DNA from: Phoronis australis
Taxonomy: Eukaryota > Animalia > Phoronida
DNA length: 64,000 nucleotides
NCBI GenBank assembly: GCA_002633005.1
Contig: NMRA01000011.1
Location: forward strand, 780,855 to 844,854
Direction of reading: 5' to 3'
Shown: one piece after another, positions 25,801-36,904 of the stretch
How the letters are laid out: the number at the start of each line of letters is the position of its first letter
Numbering within the stretch: position 1 is the stretch's first letter
Made by a program: the position numbers and the translations under genes
Notes under the pieces: generated by a model
What the model was told of the DNA's origin: nothing
The model's input: only the letters and a program-made list of their open reading frames with translations
Databases searched by the model: none

Positions 25801-28800
25801 TCAGTTATTGGTTATTTTCATAGGTGCACTTTTAGAGCTCAGAAAACTATTTAAAATAAGATTCCCTTTGAACTTTGAGAAGTTTGATAGTTTGCGACGG
25901 ACTTTGCGTAGTACATCCCAGTGCATCGCCCTCGTAATGTGACATCAATGTGGCATTTTCACTTGTTCTGTTGTTCGTTACAGACAAAACCCTTGTTTTA
26001 CTATTAAGCATTTTTGGTGTAACGTTTCTCTCATTGTTATAGCTTGGCAGGTCATGAGTATAAGTTAACTGCTGGGTTGCTTGTGTTGATAAGGATCGGT
26101 TCTTTGACAAAAATTAGTCATGGTATCGTAAATATAATTTATTATAGTTTAAGTTTCAAGTTACCATATAAATATTCACTCATAAATTTAACATTATATT
26201 AAAACATCAGTTATAAATAATAGATCTGTACAAGAACCTGTCTCATAGACATTATGTTCAACTGTTCAATTTTAACAAGGCAAGATATTAGCTTGAGCAA
26301 TGTATGTGTAAGTCTACTGCACTGTTCACTTTGGTGTTCATGTCTGTTGAACAGTTCACAGTGTGTACGGTTGTACACGAAAAACTCTCCACTGGTCTCT
26401 CGCCATCGCATGTTGGGACCTAGTGTTCTTACTGCGCAGACGTTTGTTAGAGAACCATTTCTTGACCTGTTCTGTGGTAATGTGTCCACTGTGTGCTAAC
26501 TCTTCCACTTCCTCATAGGTGGGGTAAGGACAGTCGAGGTGGGCAGTGTACCAAGCACTCAGCACTGATACAGTACTTGAACTGTGCTTTCTTCTTGTTT
26601 TTCTTCCCACACTAGTACTACACTTGGGACTTGGCACTTTGGTTTGGGATTTCACTGATAAATCTATTGGCTTGTCCTCGTCCATCCACTTGCTGTTGTC
26701 ACTTACAGAGAGTGTCATGTTACCATGGTAACGCACTAATGAGTGTTCGTGCCGAGATGTGTTGCCTGGTGGTGACGAGCTGGCTGCACTGTATGGGTGT
26801 GAGGCGTTGAACACTGCATAGTGGTTGGTGGTCTCCCTGAGTGGAGCTGTCAACAGTGGTGTGGGCGGGTAACAGATGTAGGGGGGTGGACCGTAGACTG
26901 GCATGACCCTTCTGTGAACTGAGCTGTGTAGACTGGCAGCCTCTCTCTCCCAGGGGCGGAAGTAGGCAGGTAGCTAGAAACATACATGGCTACAGATTAG
27001 TGTCATGCATTGAAAAAATACAAGTGTCATTTGTTAAGAGTACATCTGGGCCTGTTTACTTTAAAGTTAAAAGCTAGATACGTAACAACAACTGATGCTA
27101 TTGTTGAACACTATTTGGACATCATGCAGTGATCAAACTCGCGCATCAAGTAAGTGTGCAAGTCTTTTGGAGCGCCCTCTGTAGTCTTGCTTTGACATGG
27201 CAGTATAAACATCTAGGAAACCTTGAGATATGACAGGAATTTAAGAATAGATTGTCATGGAAATCATGCTCAGTAGGTTTTTCTTGTTTATGAAAATACT
27301 ATTTGTCAGAACTTTTTCCATAGCAACTATGTTAATTCTATTTGACAAAGTGGGTATTTTGGCAGTTCAATTTCCGAACCATTATAGTCACATTTTTTAT
27401 AATCTCAATCTACGGATCTAGTATCCCATCCAGTTGTTTCACACTAGGCGTGGAATGACCAATGACAAAAAAGGAAATTTGCCAGGTGATGTATCGTTTC
27501 ACTAATAAATAGGCTGATTTAAAAGAAATATTTTTGTGTTGTAAAATTTAACTCAAGTAAACGTTTTTGCATAAACAAAGTCAAAATAATGATAAAAAGA
27601 GACGAAAAAAGTGGAAACTGGAAATCAAATAAAAGGAAATCAAAACCAAAAAAGAGGAAATCCTCTTAAAAGAGTAAAATTTCAAGCCCTGCTCACAAAC
27701 ACATGGAAGGAATTAATCAGTTTATCCACTGGTAATATCTGATATGATTGAACTATAAGATACAAAACTTAATAATAACTTAATTCATTTGATAACTCAC
27801 AATTATATAATCTAGTTGAAGAGTGAGTCCAATTTGCACACAGATTTTTGTTGCAAAATTTGACTACTAAACAAAGTTTTGACTATTCTCCCATATTTTA
27901 ATCCTTAATATGTGAAGAATGACTGAGCACTTGGAATGGATATACCGGTAATATGAAAATTGATTTTGACAGACTTCTGTTGATTTTTTTTCTTTGAAGC
28001 ATATTTTTCCTGTTTTGAAGCGTATAGTGTTAAAGAATCAATATTTTGATGGGTGGTTTAATGTGTGACTTATCAATAGTTTGTCAACAACTTACTGTAG
28101 TATTGTAAGTGTAGAATTTATCTTTCACTCAGTTGTAAAAGTTGTAAATTTATTTCACGTTAATAGGCCCTGGCCCACATTACAAATATATAATAAACAG
28201 AGAGTACAGGATATCTTAACCAATATTAATTTACATCAAGAAACTTGTTTCGATGTTTCTCAGCATTAATTAAATATTAAGCAATTTTTCTCAAGTTATT
28301 TATATCATGAGTCTTTAGGAGATCCTTGAATACTGCTTCATCCACCCCATCGAATCTATGCAGAAACTGTATATTATGCAAATCAGAATATGATTTACAT
28401 TCAAAAAGAAAGTTCATCTCTGATTGCACCTTTCCACTACTTGTGTTTATTTATTTAGTGGACACCCTGACATTATGGTAAAATGATAACATTACGTTCA
28501 TCTTTTGTTGTCTAAAAAAGATTAAGTTGAACTTTGATTTTTTTTTGTTTTTAAATAGTTCAAAGTTTAACTTCTGTTTCTTTATGGTTGATTGACTCAC
28601 GATCCATATAAATGACAGTGAAGGTGAGACTTGATAACAAATAAATAACACAGAGAATATGGTAAAACATGAAAAAGAGAAGAAATAAAATTTTTGCAAC
28701 AAGGATAACACCAGACATTAGTTTCTGTTGTGGTTCTTTACGGATAACATACCGAATGAAGATGGATAAAAACTATTCATAACACTGATAATAAAGCGGA

Positions 28801-31800
28801 AATAAATATGTATTTTTAAGCATGAACAAAAATTCCGTTTGATGAGAATAAATTAATAATACATACTTAGAGTAGTAAATAAATAAGAAGAAATAAATAT
28901 TTTATAACTAAGATGGCAATTGTAATTTGTTTCTCTTATAGTTGAGGTACATTTTCATTCTTACCATTGCTTGTTCTCTTTCTGCAACCCAATCTTCTTG
29001 GTCATGAAGTTGTGAAGACATTCTGTTGCTGTTGTGGCTTGTGTCTCTGGTCTCTTTAACCCTGGCACTCTACCCTCTAGCCATCCCCAGCTGTCCTTAT
29101 ATAGCCTCTAGCATTGTCCCCAGTCCTGCTCTGGCATTGGTCAGAACAAGACAGGGTCCTGAAGACCCAACCTGTTGAGTCCAGCCTATTGTTGTGCTGG
29201 AGTTAATCCACTAAGTTGGAAAATTGGTGTGCTTACAAGCCTCTACTGTTTATAATGGCCAGTAATAAGCTAGTCTCTTTGATGTGTTCCTAGCATTGTT
29301 GGTTGGTTATACAGGTGACTAGGGGCCAGGGAAACCATAACTATTGCACTGTAGATTTGGGTAATTGTTGCACAATGGAGGTGTGTGATTTGATAGTCAT
29401 CTGTTACCTGGTTTGGTGATTCTGTGGAATGTGTCTATGTTCTTGATGTTTAGTAGGTACCCTGGTGTCTAGAAGATCAGGTGGAGGCCTGCTGAGACTA
29501 CATACACTGAACATTCCAGAGCAGATTTGTACCATGGAAGCTACAAAAGATTAAAGACTTTTTATTGGGCTGGGAATGTGATTTTGGGATTTTTAAATTA
29601 AAATGTTTGAGTGGAGCTGGGCTTGATAGTGGTGCAGGTGTTGAGATGTTGTGATAGTCAGATGTTTATGACATATCTACATGTTATGATAGTCAGCTGT
29701 TCATAACATATGAACATTTTATGGTTTAAAAGGGAAAATTTTGGAAAAGTTTTTTTTTTACCTGAATTTTTGTGATAATGGTGATTTTTATCTTAAGGTT
29801 CAAACTTGATGTTTCAAGTTTGTAAATATGAAGTTAGGTAGATGCGACATGGTGAAGACTTCTTGGTTTAATGCTCAATAGAATGAGATTGCTCTGTGCT
29901 GACTGATCTTGTTTCAAGTTAAAAAGTTTAGCAAAACAAATAAGAAGGAATTATGTGTACTCTTAGCATATGTGCTGTTAATGATCCTATCTTCAGAAAG
30001 GTGTTGGAAAACTGCTTGATTGATTCTCTGAGAGTGATTCCTGAATTGATAAGCTATCCTTGCTCAAAGCCATGTTGTGTATTGCAGGAGTTCCCACAAC
30101 TCTTTGTCCTTGGTGGGAGCTATCATTAACCCCCTCACTCCTTCACATGTGATTTAAGCCTGTCCCACTAATCCCTTTCTGAACACATCCTGTACTCCTT
30201 TGATGTCCTGCCTGGTTCCAAACGACATCCTCTTCTACAGCTAATAGTTTTATTTGCTCTGAAAATTGTGGAAATGACCTGTTGTTGTTTTGAAACTCAG
30301 CTGTGTCATAGTAAAATTCTTTGTTTTGGGATTTTAGTTCCTTCTTGTGTTTCTTGCTTTGCCACAAGTCTTATTTTTAAATGCTGCTTTGCTGTAATTT
30401 CACTGCACTTCACCAGGGTTGTATGACCATAGGCGCCATGGTATATGCCAAAATGCAATGACAATAAAGATTTTGATTAGATTTGTCTCCCTCTCCCCAA
30501 CCAGGTTTGAAGTTTCAGGTGTGGAGATCCTTGGTAGATATTGATTGTAAATAAGACGATTGTGTATTCTGTATGTAAATCATCATACAGTTGGTAAATA
30601 TAAAATAGCTGAATAAACATTGGTTTTCTACATTGTGGCACAAGGCTGGTGAATATGTAAATACAAGTGTGTTTACAATGTATAGAGAACGCCAATCGCC
30701 GCACGCCTCCAGCGTGTTTGTTGGCATTTCTGCACTCACAACATGTTTAAGTTTTCAGTTGTGCAAAACATTGATCATCTCTCGCTATGCTCCTATTTGT
30801 TTCTCAACTGTGCTCGCTATTCTCCTATTTGTTTCTCAACTGTGTTGTGGAGAAAGTGACCGTCTATGACTCACTCTTTCCAGTAATTAATCTAAACCAA
30901 TATCCCTTTCTCATCCTGTGGAAACCCTAAAGCATTCTTGCATGGATTACCTGCTTAGGATTTCCTAATAATTTATAATGAGTATTTACTTGTAAACAAG
31001 TCTTGTTGACTTTAGGACAATACTCTCTTCCTGGCTGGACCTTGTTTGTGTTTAGTGATAGGCATTGAGCTCTCTCAGTTTGACAAGTTGTGCCAAAACA
31101 TATGGAATGGCCACACTGTCATCAGATGTGATTAAATCATTTTAGACCATAGATTTGGTAGTGTTTGGTTACTGTTTGTCTAGAGTGAGGACTTCAGCAA
31201 AGTGAATCAGTGTTGAGAGTTTCTAATGTGTGGTCTTATTTTAAATCAAAAGCGGATTATTTGTAAGAACTCAGTTGCTTGGATCATTAATTTGCCCAGT
31301 TTGTTGAATATATGGTATACTGTGTTAGGGTTGCATTGCCTGTCATTCAGCTAACAGTGGCCGAGTTCTTGATATTGTCAGGGTGACATGGCACTAAACT
31401 ATGAATGGACCATCCTAAGGTTACTGTATGTAAAACAAGTCGTGCCGTATTTAGCCAAATGTCAGCAAAGTTATATATTTTAAACTCAGTAAAAATATGT
31501 ATTTTCTGAAAGTAGAAAGCTTGTATAATTTTATTTTTAACTTTACACCAATTTCCCGTAAATTGGGTCACGTGCCCGTGTCTTTTAAGTAAAGTTTAGG
31601 AGAAAGGAAACATACATTCATTGCAAAACAACAGTAACAGTAATATGACCAAAGTTCATTTGACATAAATGTTCAAGAGGAAATCTCAAGAATTGTCGCA
31701 GTTTTCTGAATTATGATTTCATATTTTTTGTTTTATGCAACTTTCCGTGGAAAAGTGGAACATTTAAAAAGCAATTCTTAGCAGCCATTTGGAGCATAGT

Positions 31801-34800
31801 GCATAAATATGGCATCTGAAAGTTTCATATGAACCCAGTAAGCCATTTCTGAGATATGGTGTTCTGAAGGTAGTCAAACTTGACATTTTTCTAGGGTCCT
31901 ACATAATCTTAAATTGACCAATCTATTCCTTCCCCTTACTCTAAATTAAATGGAATCCCACCTCTCCAGTGTTGATACTGTGAATGTCAGCTTCTTGGTC
32001 TAGTCATGGTCACAACGCTTGTGGCCCCCTGCTGTTAGTGTTGAGCTGGTCATTTCACTAAGGCTGCTGCTACTTACCCAACATGTCGGTCAAATAAGCT
32101 ATTTTTTGCTATTCACCTGACAATCTTGTCGAAGCTTTTATTAGTCAAGATAACGCCACAGCGTTGCTGTTCAAGTAAGTCATTTATGCTATTCAGGTGA
32201 CAAAGCCTCACAACCTTATTGACAAATTATTGCTGTCTACCAGATCAGTTCAACATTCTCATTGTTCCAAATTAGTCACAACCTTGTGGGCAAATGTAAT
32301 TGGTTTTTGCTATTAATCCGGCAATTTTTGTTAGCCTGATGATATTTGTTTTTTCTTATGTATAAAAGTCGGGTGGAACTTATTCTATAGAATGTACTTC
32401 ATTTTTGGTTCTTGTCAACAAGCCTTAGTGGTCTTTTCTGTAGTAAATAGAAATAGTAATTAAAACAAACATTAGTGGTCCTTGAAATAATAAAAGTAAG
32501 TTATTAGTTATGATAATTTTCTGTTGGATATGAAGCAAAAATGGTCTTTTGGTTGACAAGGATGTGATGTCATACATATTGACCCATGAAATTGTTAAAA
32601 AGGTTGCTGGATGAATAGCTAAAATCTTATTAGGCCAACTTGTCAGGTAATTAGTTTCTTTGTTGTTTTAAAGTTGCATTTTGCCCTGTTTAGCTGTCTA
32701 AAATACTGAAATCCTTTTGCTCTCATAAAATCGCTCTTATACTATTCCTTACTGTGATAGGATTCTGTTTCTGATTAGAATGTCTTAACAGTCACCGACT
32801 CAAAATAATTCAGTTTGTTTGGATTGACCAATACTAATATCGCACAAAGTTGAAAATGGCCAATGTACATCTTGCCTTGCTGGCTCATTGGGCAGCAATT
32901 TAAGATCTCCTGAGTGTAGCTATGATTTCAAATGCCTCTTTAATTTTCATAAAATCTGAAAATTTCTGAGACATAATGTTCCAAATTTGGACGTTGTTCA
33001 GCTTTACACATTACCTTAAGTGTTTAAAATAGTAGGAAAGGAAAGTACACAGAGATAATTAGAAATTACGTTGTAACGTTGAAAAGATGAAATAGAATGA
33101 TAAAGTGCATTTTTGGTTCCTTAACCGTGGCCAGAGAGGTAGAAAAGTTCATCACCTCTAACACACAGGAACTTGCCAAGGATAAGTGGTTGTGTCCCCT
33201 CAGTGGAAAGAAGTTCAAGGGGCCGGAATTTGTACGCAAACATCTGTTTAGTAAACATGGCGAGAAGATTGAAGATGTCAAGCGCGAGGTAAGTTAATGG
33301 ACTGGGCTCAAATGGGTGACAACAAGTGTGAGCTGAGGGCTGGGACCAAATGGGTGATAACCAGTACAAAATGAGGTCTGGGGCCAAATGGGTGACAACA
33401 AGCGCAAGGTGAGGGCTGGGGCCAAATGGGTGACGACATTTTTATGATATCTGTGCCTGACGATCACTGTGGAATGTTGAAATCAATTGAGTTTGTAGAA
33501 AACTTGTTTTATTAATAACTATGCTTACGTGTCAATGCACAGTTCTTCCACAAAGTTAACTTTTTTACTGTCAAGCGTTTTAGAACTGCATTTCCCAGAG
33601 ATAAAGATTTTTTTACTTGCAATTTACTAACACGAATCAATGGGCAGTGTTGCAGAAATGGATTTTGGTTGTAATGCATTCCACTTCTGACATCTACTCA
33701 GATTCTGGATCAAAATTGGTTTGAGTAAAAAATATTGGCTATGGCTAGTCCAGAGGTCACTGCATTCATTGCAATTGGATGAGTTTGGCAGAAAAAGAGT
33801 CAATGTTTAAGGTTATGTATGGCCTGATTAACAAGACTATTTATTTAGACAATTATCTTCATAACAATCGATTTTAAATTGGTAAACGTATACATTTTCT
33901 GTGAAGAAAGCTTGTAGAATTTGTTTTTTAATTTTACTATTCCGACATGAATTGGGTCACCTAGCTATGTCGTTTTAGCAAAATGTGACAAAAATAAAAG
34001 TGCGTTGATTGCAAAGCAAAGGTATCCGTAACATTTATCAAATTTTATTTGATATAAATGTTCAGTATGAGATCTCAAAAGAGCTGTTACTTAAAATTCA
34101 TTTCATTTTATGTATTACATTTTTTTCATGAAAGTCATAAGTCTTATTTTTGACAGCCCCTCATGCAAAAGCGGAACATGTTAAAAACAATTCCTACTGG
34201 TGTTTGGAAGAGCAGTGTGAAAACCATAGTAACTGTTTTGCTCGTATGAATCCAATCAGCCATTTCTGAGACATGATGTTCCGAAGTCAGTCAAATTTGG
34301 AACTTAAGAGTCCTACATAACCTTAAATTCATTTTCTTTGTATTAGAGTAGCAACGAAACCATAGTAATCACATGACGTGTAGATGTGCAACGAAACCAT
34401 AGTAATCACATGACGTGTAGACGTACAAAGGAGTTGGTTAACTTCTTGCAGGTCGCCTTTTTCAACAACTACCTCGTGGACCCTAAACGACCGTCACTGC
34501 CGGAGCACCCTGCCGTGAAGCAGAGCGCTAGTAGTCGAGATTCTCACCGTAGTGGGGGTTACCAGGGTGGGCCACCCCATGGAGGCATGGGAGGGTATGG
34601 CCCTCACCAGTCGCCCATGAACCAAGGTGGAGGTAGGTGCACGATTGTTGCTGCAACTTGGTAATCTGTATACAGTATAGCTGTAGCTACCATTGTTTTC
34701 CTTATGTGGCTTGACATTAGGTGTCGTGACCAGCCAGAAAATCTTGATTACAAATTAGAAAATGATGCTCTTGTGAGAAAAGCTAAACCCTAACTTGAAA

Positions 34801-36412
34801 ATGATATTTAAGAGGCTATTGTGAAAAAGTTAAACTCCAAGTTGAAACATAACCCTTACAGTGGTGGGTTAGTTGCAGTTGAGAAGTTCCTGTTAATGCT
34901 GTTATCATACAACCAGTCTCTTTAATTTTGACTCTCTCACTTCTTGACTATGTAAAAACCACTGTCGACTTGTGGATGACTCTCAATAACACTAGTGGCA
35001 TCTGCCACGGGAATGTTTTAGCATCCTGGTCCGGTCTGTGGTACTTAAGCAAGTTCCTGGTGGTGTTGCAAAAAGAAAAATGAGCCCTGTTGTAATGTTT
35101 CAGGTTACCACCAGGGAGGAGGTCACTACCAGCGGTCTAGTTCATATCAGGGTGGTGGCCATGACAGACGATCATTCAACCGGTCCAACAGTTACAAGTA
35201 AGGACAGTAATGTTAGATACTTGCCTGTGAAAGCTGACACGGTCATTTCTTTACGTGCAGTGCATGACCTCGCTTAATTTGAAGGTTACTAGCCTTGCTG
35301 CACTAGCCTTCCTGCTCTAGCCTTGCTGCACTGTCTAACCTACCTTGTTGCGCTAGCGTTGCTGCACTAACCTTGCTGCACTAACCTTGCTGCACTAAGG
35401 AATAGTTACATCTTTCTTTGAGATTGATCACATTTGTTTAGTCAAATTAAAAACTATGAATAGGTAGCATTGAGTAGAAATGTTTGTAATATTTGTAATA
35501 AATCAAATAGATGCTGGAATGCTGTGCAGCTACCGACAGATAAAAATATAAAATAGTAAAACCAGTAAAAATAAAACGACTAGCGTCGCTACTAACATAT
35601 ATTAAAATATTTTCACATTTTGAGCGATACGCTCTTTTTCAAGGATATGTATACCCTCGAAACGTGGGTAATATTTTAATCTATTTTGGACCGACACTCG
35701 TTGTTTTATTTTTAAAGTGTGTGAATGGTCGCCACTGTCCATATTTCCTGAATGATCTTTCAATCAGTGCATCAATTACAAAACAGTTCTGTGATACATA
35801 AAGGAGATAATCTGAAAATAACCAAGTCTTCAATATTTCCTTTCCAATATGTTTTATGTCTTTTGTAGAGATCGTTGATAGATGTTTTATGTGTAAAGTT
35901 GAAGTTTGCATAAGCCAGACAAACGTACCTATCGTATTTTGTTTTTATGTCTAGCTTGTTTTAAGTCTAGCTTGTTTTTATGTTTAGCTTGTTTTTATGT
36001 CTAGCGGAGTGTTAAGTAATAGAAAAAGTAGAACTTTTTGTAAAACTTTGCCTATGCTGCTTCTTCTGTGCTGACAGGTTGTCTTTTTCTTTTACTTTAT
36101 GCGCTGTTTTTGTGTGTCCAGATCATTCGCAAGGTCAGTTTTATGAATTTCACCACGTAGAGTGTTAAGACAACTTCCTATTAGTGTTCTATGTTTTTGT
36201 AACAGCTTTGCGGTTATCTGAGAAGTTGCGTGAGATTTAGACATTTTCAAGACCTGTTATATTGTTCCAAAAGCACAGTGTTCCTGTAAGTGTCCCGTTA
36301 CCCGTCAGTGTATAAGTAGTTCTGTTTCTCTTACAGCCGCACTCGTCCTGACCCTCGCGGCATCGTTGAGTACCGAGATTTAGACGCGCCAGAGGATACA
36401 GACATATTCTAG
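7834..36412 (+). CDS. SRRT: Serrate RNA effector molecule homolog (Ars2/SRRT), multi-exon
   Basis: Coding exons with GT-AG boundaries: 7834-7955, 9513-9656, 10282-10413, 10727-10903, 12765-12934, 13628-13733, 14048-14081, 14647-14712, 15106-15226, 15851-15949, [missing exon, probably in the N gap], 17586-17726, 18615-18809, 19444-19534, 20191-20258, 21258-21411, 23692-23800, 33135-33288, 34452-34632, 35104-35197, (36122-36133 optional microexon), 36337-36412. Phases agree at every junction except across the gap. Hallmark Ars2 peptides: [65 protein letters not shown], zinc finger [21 protein letters not shown]-terminal [10 protein letters not shown]. Confidence 0.96.
13340..13487. repeat. ~40-bp intronic minisatellite (about 4 copies)
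   Basis: Unit resembles TGACCTGCTGGGTCAAGCCAACTTGAGGCTCAGTG(C/G)ATAAA. Confidence 0.8.
15366..15575. repeat. 21-bp minisatellite (about 9 copies)
   Basis: Unit CTGAGCCATGTTTGAAGAGCT; it produces the spurious SSEPCLK ORF. Confidence 0.9.
16612..16774. repeat. 25-bp minisatellite (about 6 copies)
   Basis: Unit GTTATGTTATGTCTGTACATGGCAC. Confidence 0.9.
16775..17142. mobile_element. Second copy of the CAGGGCTTGGAAT MITE, truncated by the assembly gap
   Basis: Starts CAGGGCTTGGAATTTTCCGCGGAAACGCGG and is colinear with 6461-6820. Confidence 0.85.
17313..17436. repeat. 15-bp tandem repeat at the gap edge
   Basis: (TGCTAATCATTCACG) about 8 copies, running into the N gap. Confidence 0.9.
19711..19957. 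mobile_element. PIF/Harbinger-like MITE
   Basis: Imperfect TIRs GGGTCCGTTCCAAGAAACTGACATAAG / CTAAGTCAGTTTTCTTGTAATGAGCCC with 3-bp CAG on both flanks (19708-10, 19958-60). Confidence 0.6.
21371..22958. repeat. Second overlap duplication (21371-22070 vs 22072 onward) containing a 45-bp minisatellite
   Basis: The sequence after n22071 restarts at the sequence of 21371. The 45-bp unit CATGACACGCTGGCCCTGGATATGTTCATGTGTCACACTGATGGC occurs at 21841-22070 and 22551-22958. Confidence 0.85.
26138..26143 (-). terminator. Poly(A) signal of the nested homeobox gene
   Basis: AATAAA on the minus strand about 210 nt after the stop codon, in AU-rich sequence. Confidence 0.55.
26356..29021 (-). CDS. TALE-class homeobox protein, divergent/SPILE-like, 2 exons (29021-28965 + 26973-26356), 224 aa, nested antisense in an SRRT intron
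   Basis: Homeodomain [57 protein letters not shown] has the TALE PYP loop and the WFxNKR helix. Exon 1 [19 protein letters not shown]|GTAAGA joins in phase 0 to TTTCTAG|LPAYFRPWE..., in frame with ORF 26356-26904. Confidence is high for exon 2 and moderate for exon 1. Confidence 0.85.
27444..27691. mobile_element. Degenerate relative of the CAGGGCTTGGAAT MITE, reverse orientation, inside the homeobox gene intron
   Basis: Ends TAGGCGTGGAATGACCAATGACAAAAAA and AAATTTCAAGCCCTG match the two ends of 6461-6920. Confidence 0.6.
29096..29140 (-). promoter_or_regulatory. Core promoter of the nested homeobox gene (TATA and CCAAT)
   Basis: Minus-strand CCAAT (29140-29136) and TATATAAG (29103-29096), about 80 nt upstream of ATG 29021. 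Confidence 0.6.
33811..34322. mobile_element. Non-autonomous TTAA-site element (Kolobok-like); diverged relatives near 25110-25550 and 31418-31910
   Basis: TTAA|GGTTATGTA...TACATAACC|TTAA. Internal sequence is shared with the 31.4-31.9 kb copy and, inverted, with the 25.1-25.5 kb copy. Confidence 0.65.
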
Positions 36413-36898
36413 GTTGACCGTCAGTCACATGTGTTGTTACTTGACCATTGGTCAACCGTGTAGTAAGTTGACCAAGTTACAGCTGTCAGAGATCCTGTGA
36501 CTCACTGGTTTTCAAGCAAGTGTTAGTAAAAATTTGGTTTTACAGGAAGTTTCAATTCTCATTACCTTGCCCTTAGTAGTAATAATTGTTTCCACAACAC
36601 CCCAATTATAGTCAAGTGACGTGTCAATTTGATTTGTTTTATGTGTTTAATGCAATAATTTAGGCAAAATGAAATTGTATCAAAAGAACGGAAGTTTTTG
36701 CATAATCAAATCATGCTTCTATCATCGAGTTTCCTAGGTGACTGTGTGATTGTTAAATCCCTTGTGGTTCGTCTGGATTACAGTATTCAATGAGTCTGTA
36801 CAAACGTTTTATAACCTGAAACATTTTTATCACCTGTATTCAAATAATTATGTTGTCAGTTTCCTTTTGTATTTTCAATTGTATAGGTTTTAGTTTGA

Positions 36899-36904
36899 AA
36901 TAAA
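36899..36904 (+). terminator. Probable SRRT poly(A) signal
   Basis: AATAAA about 490 nt after the stop codon, followed by a GT-rich tract. Confidence 0.6.

Larger units (their letters stand above)
23801..33134 (+). other. U12-type (minor spliceosome) GT-AG intron of SRRT, 9334 nt
   Basis: Donor |GTATCCTTTT at 23801. Branch site TTCCTTAAC at 33117-33125, about 10 nt before CAG|, with no polypyrimidine tract. Splicing restores ...KKDAEQ|EVEKF, matching the conserved Ars2 DPEQEVEKF. Confidence 0.92.

Noticed and set aside
26720-26987. Upstream ATGs at 26983/26987 implying a frameshifted, pseudogenised homeobox gene
   Set aside because: Both ATGs lie within the 3' splice-site region of the intron. 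Splicing at TTTCTAG|26973 gives an uninterrupted frame.
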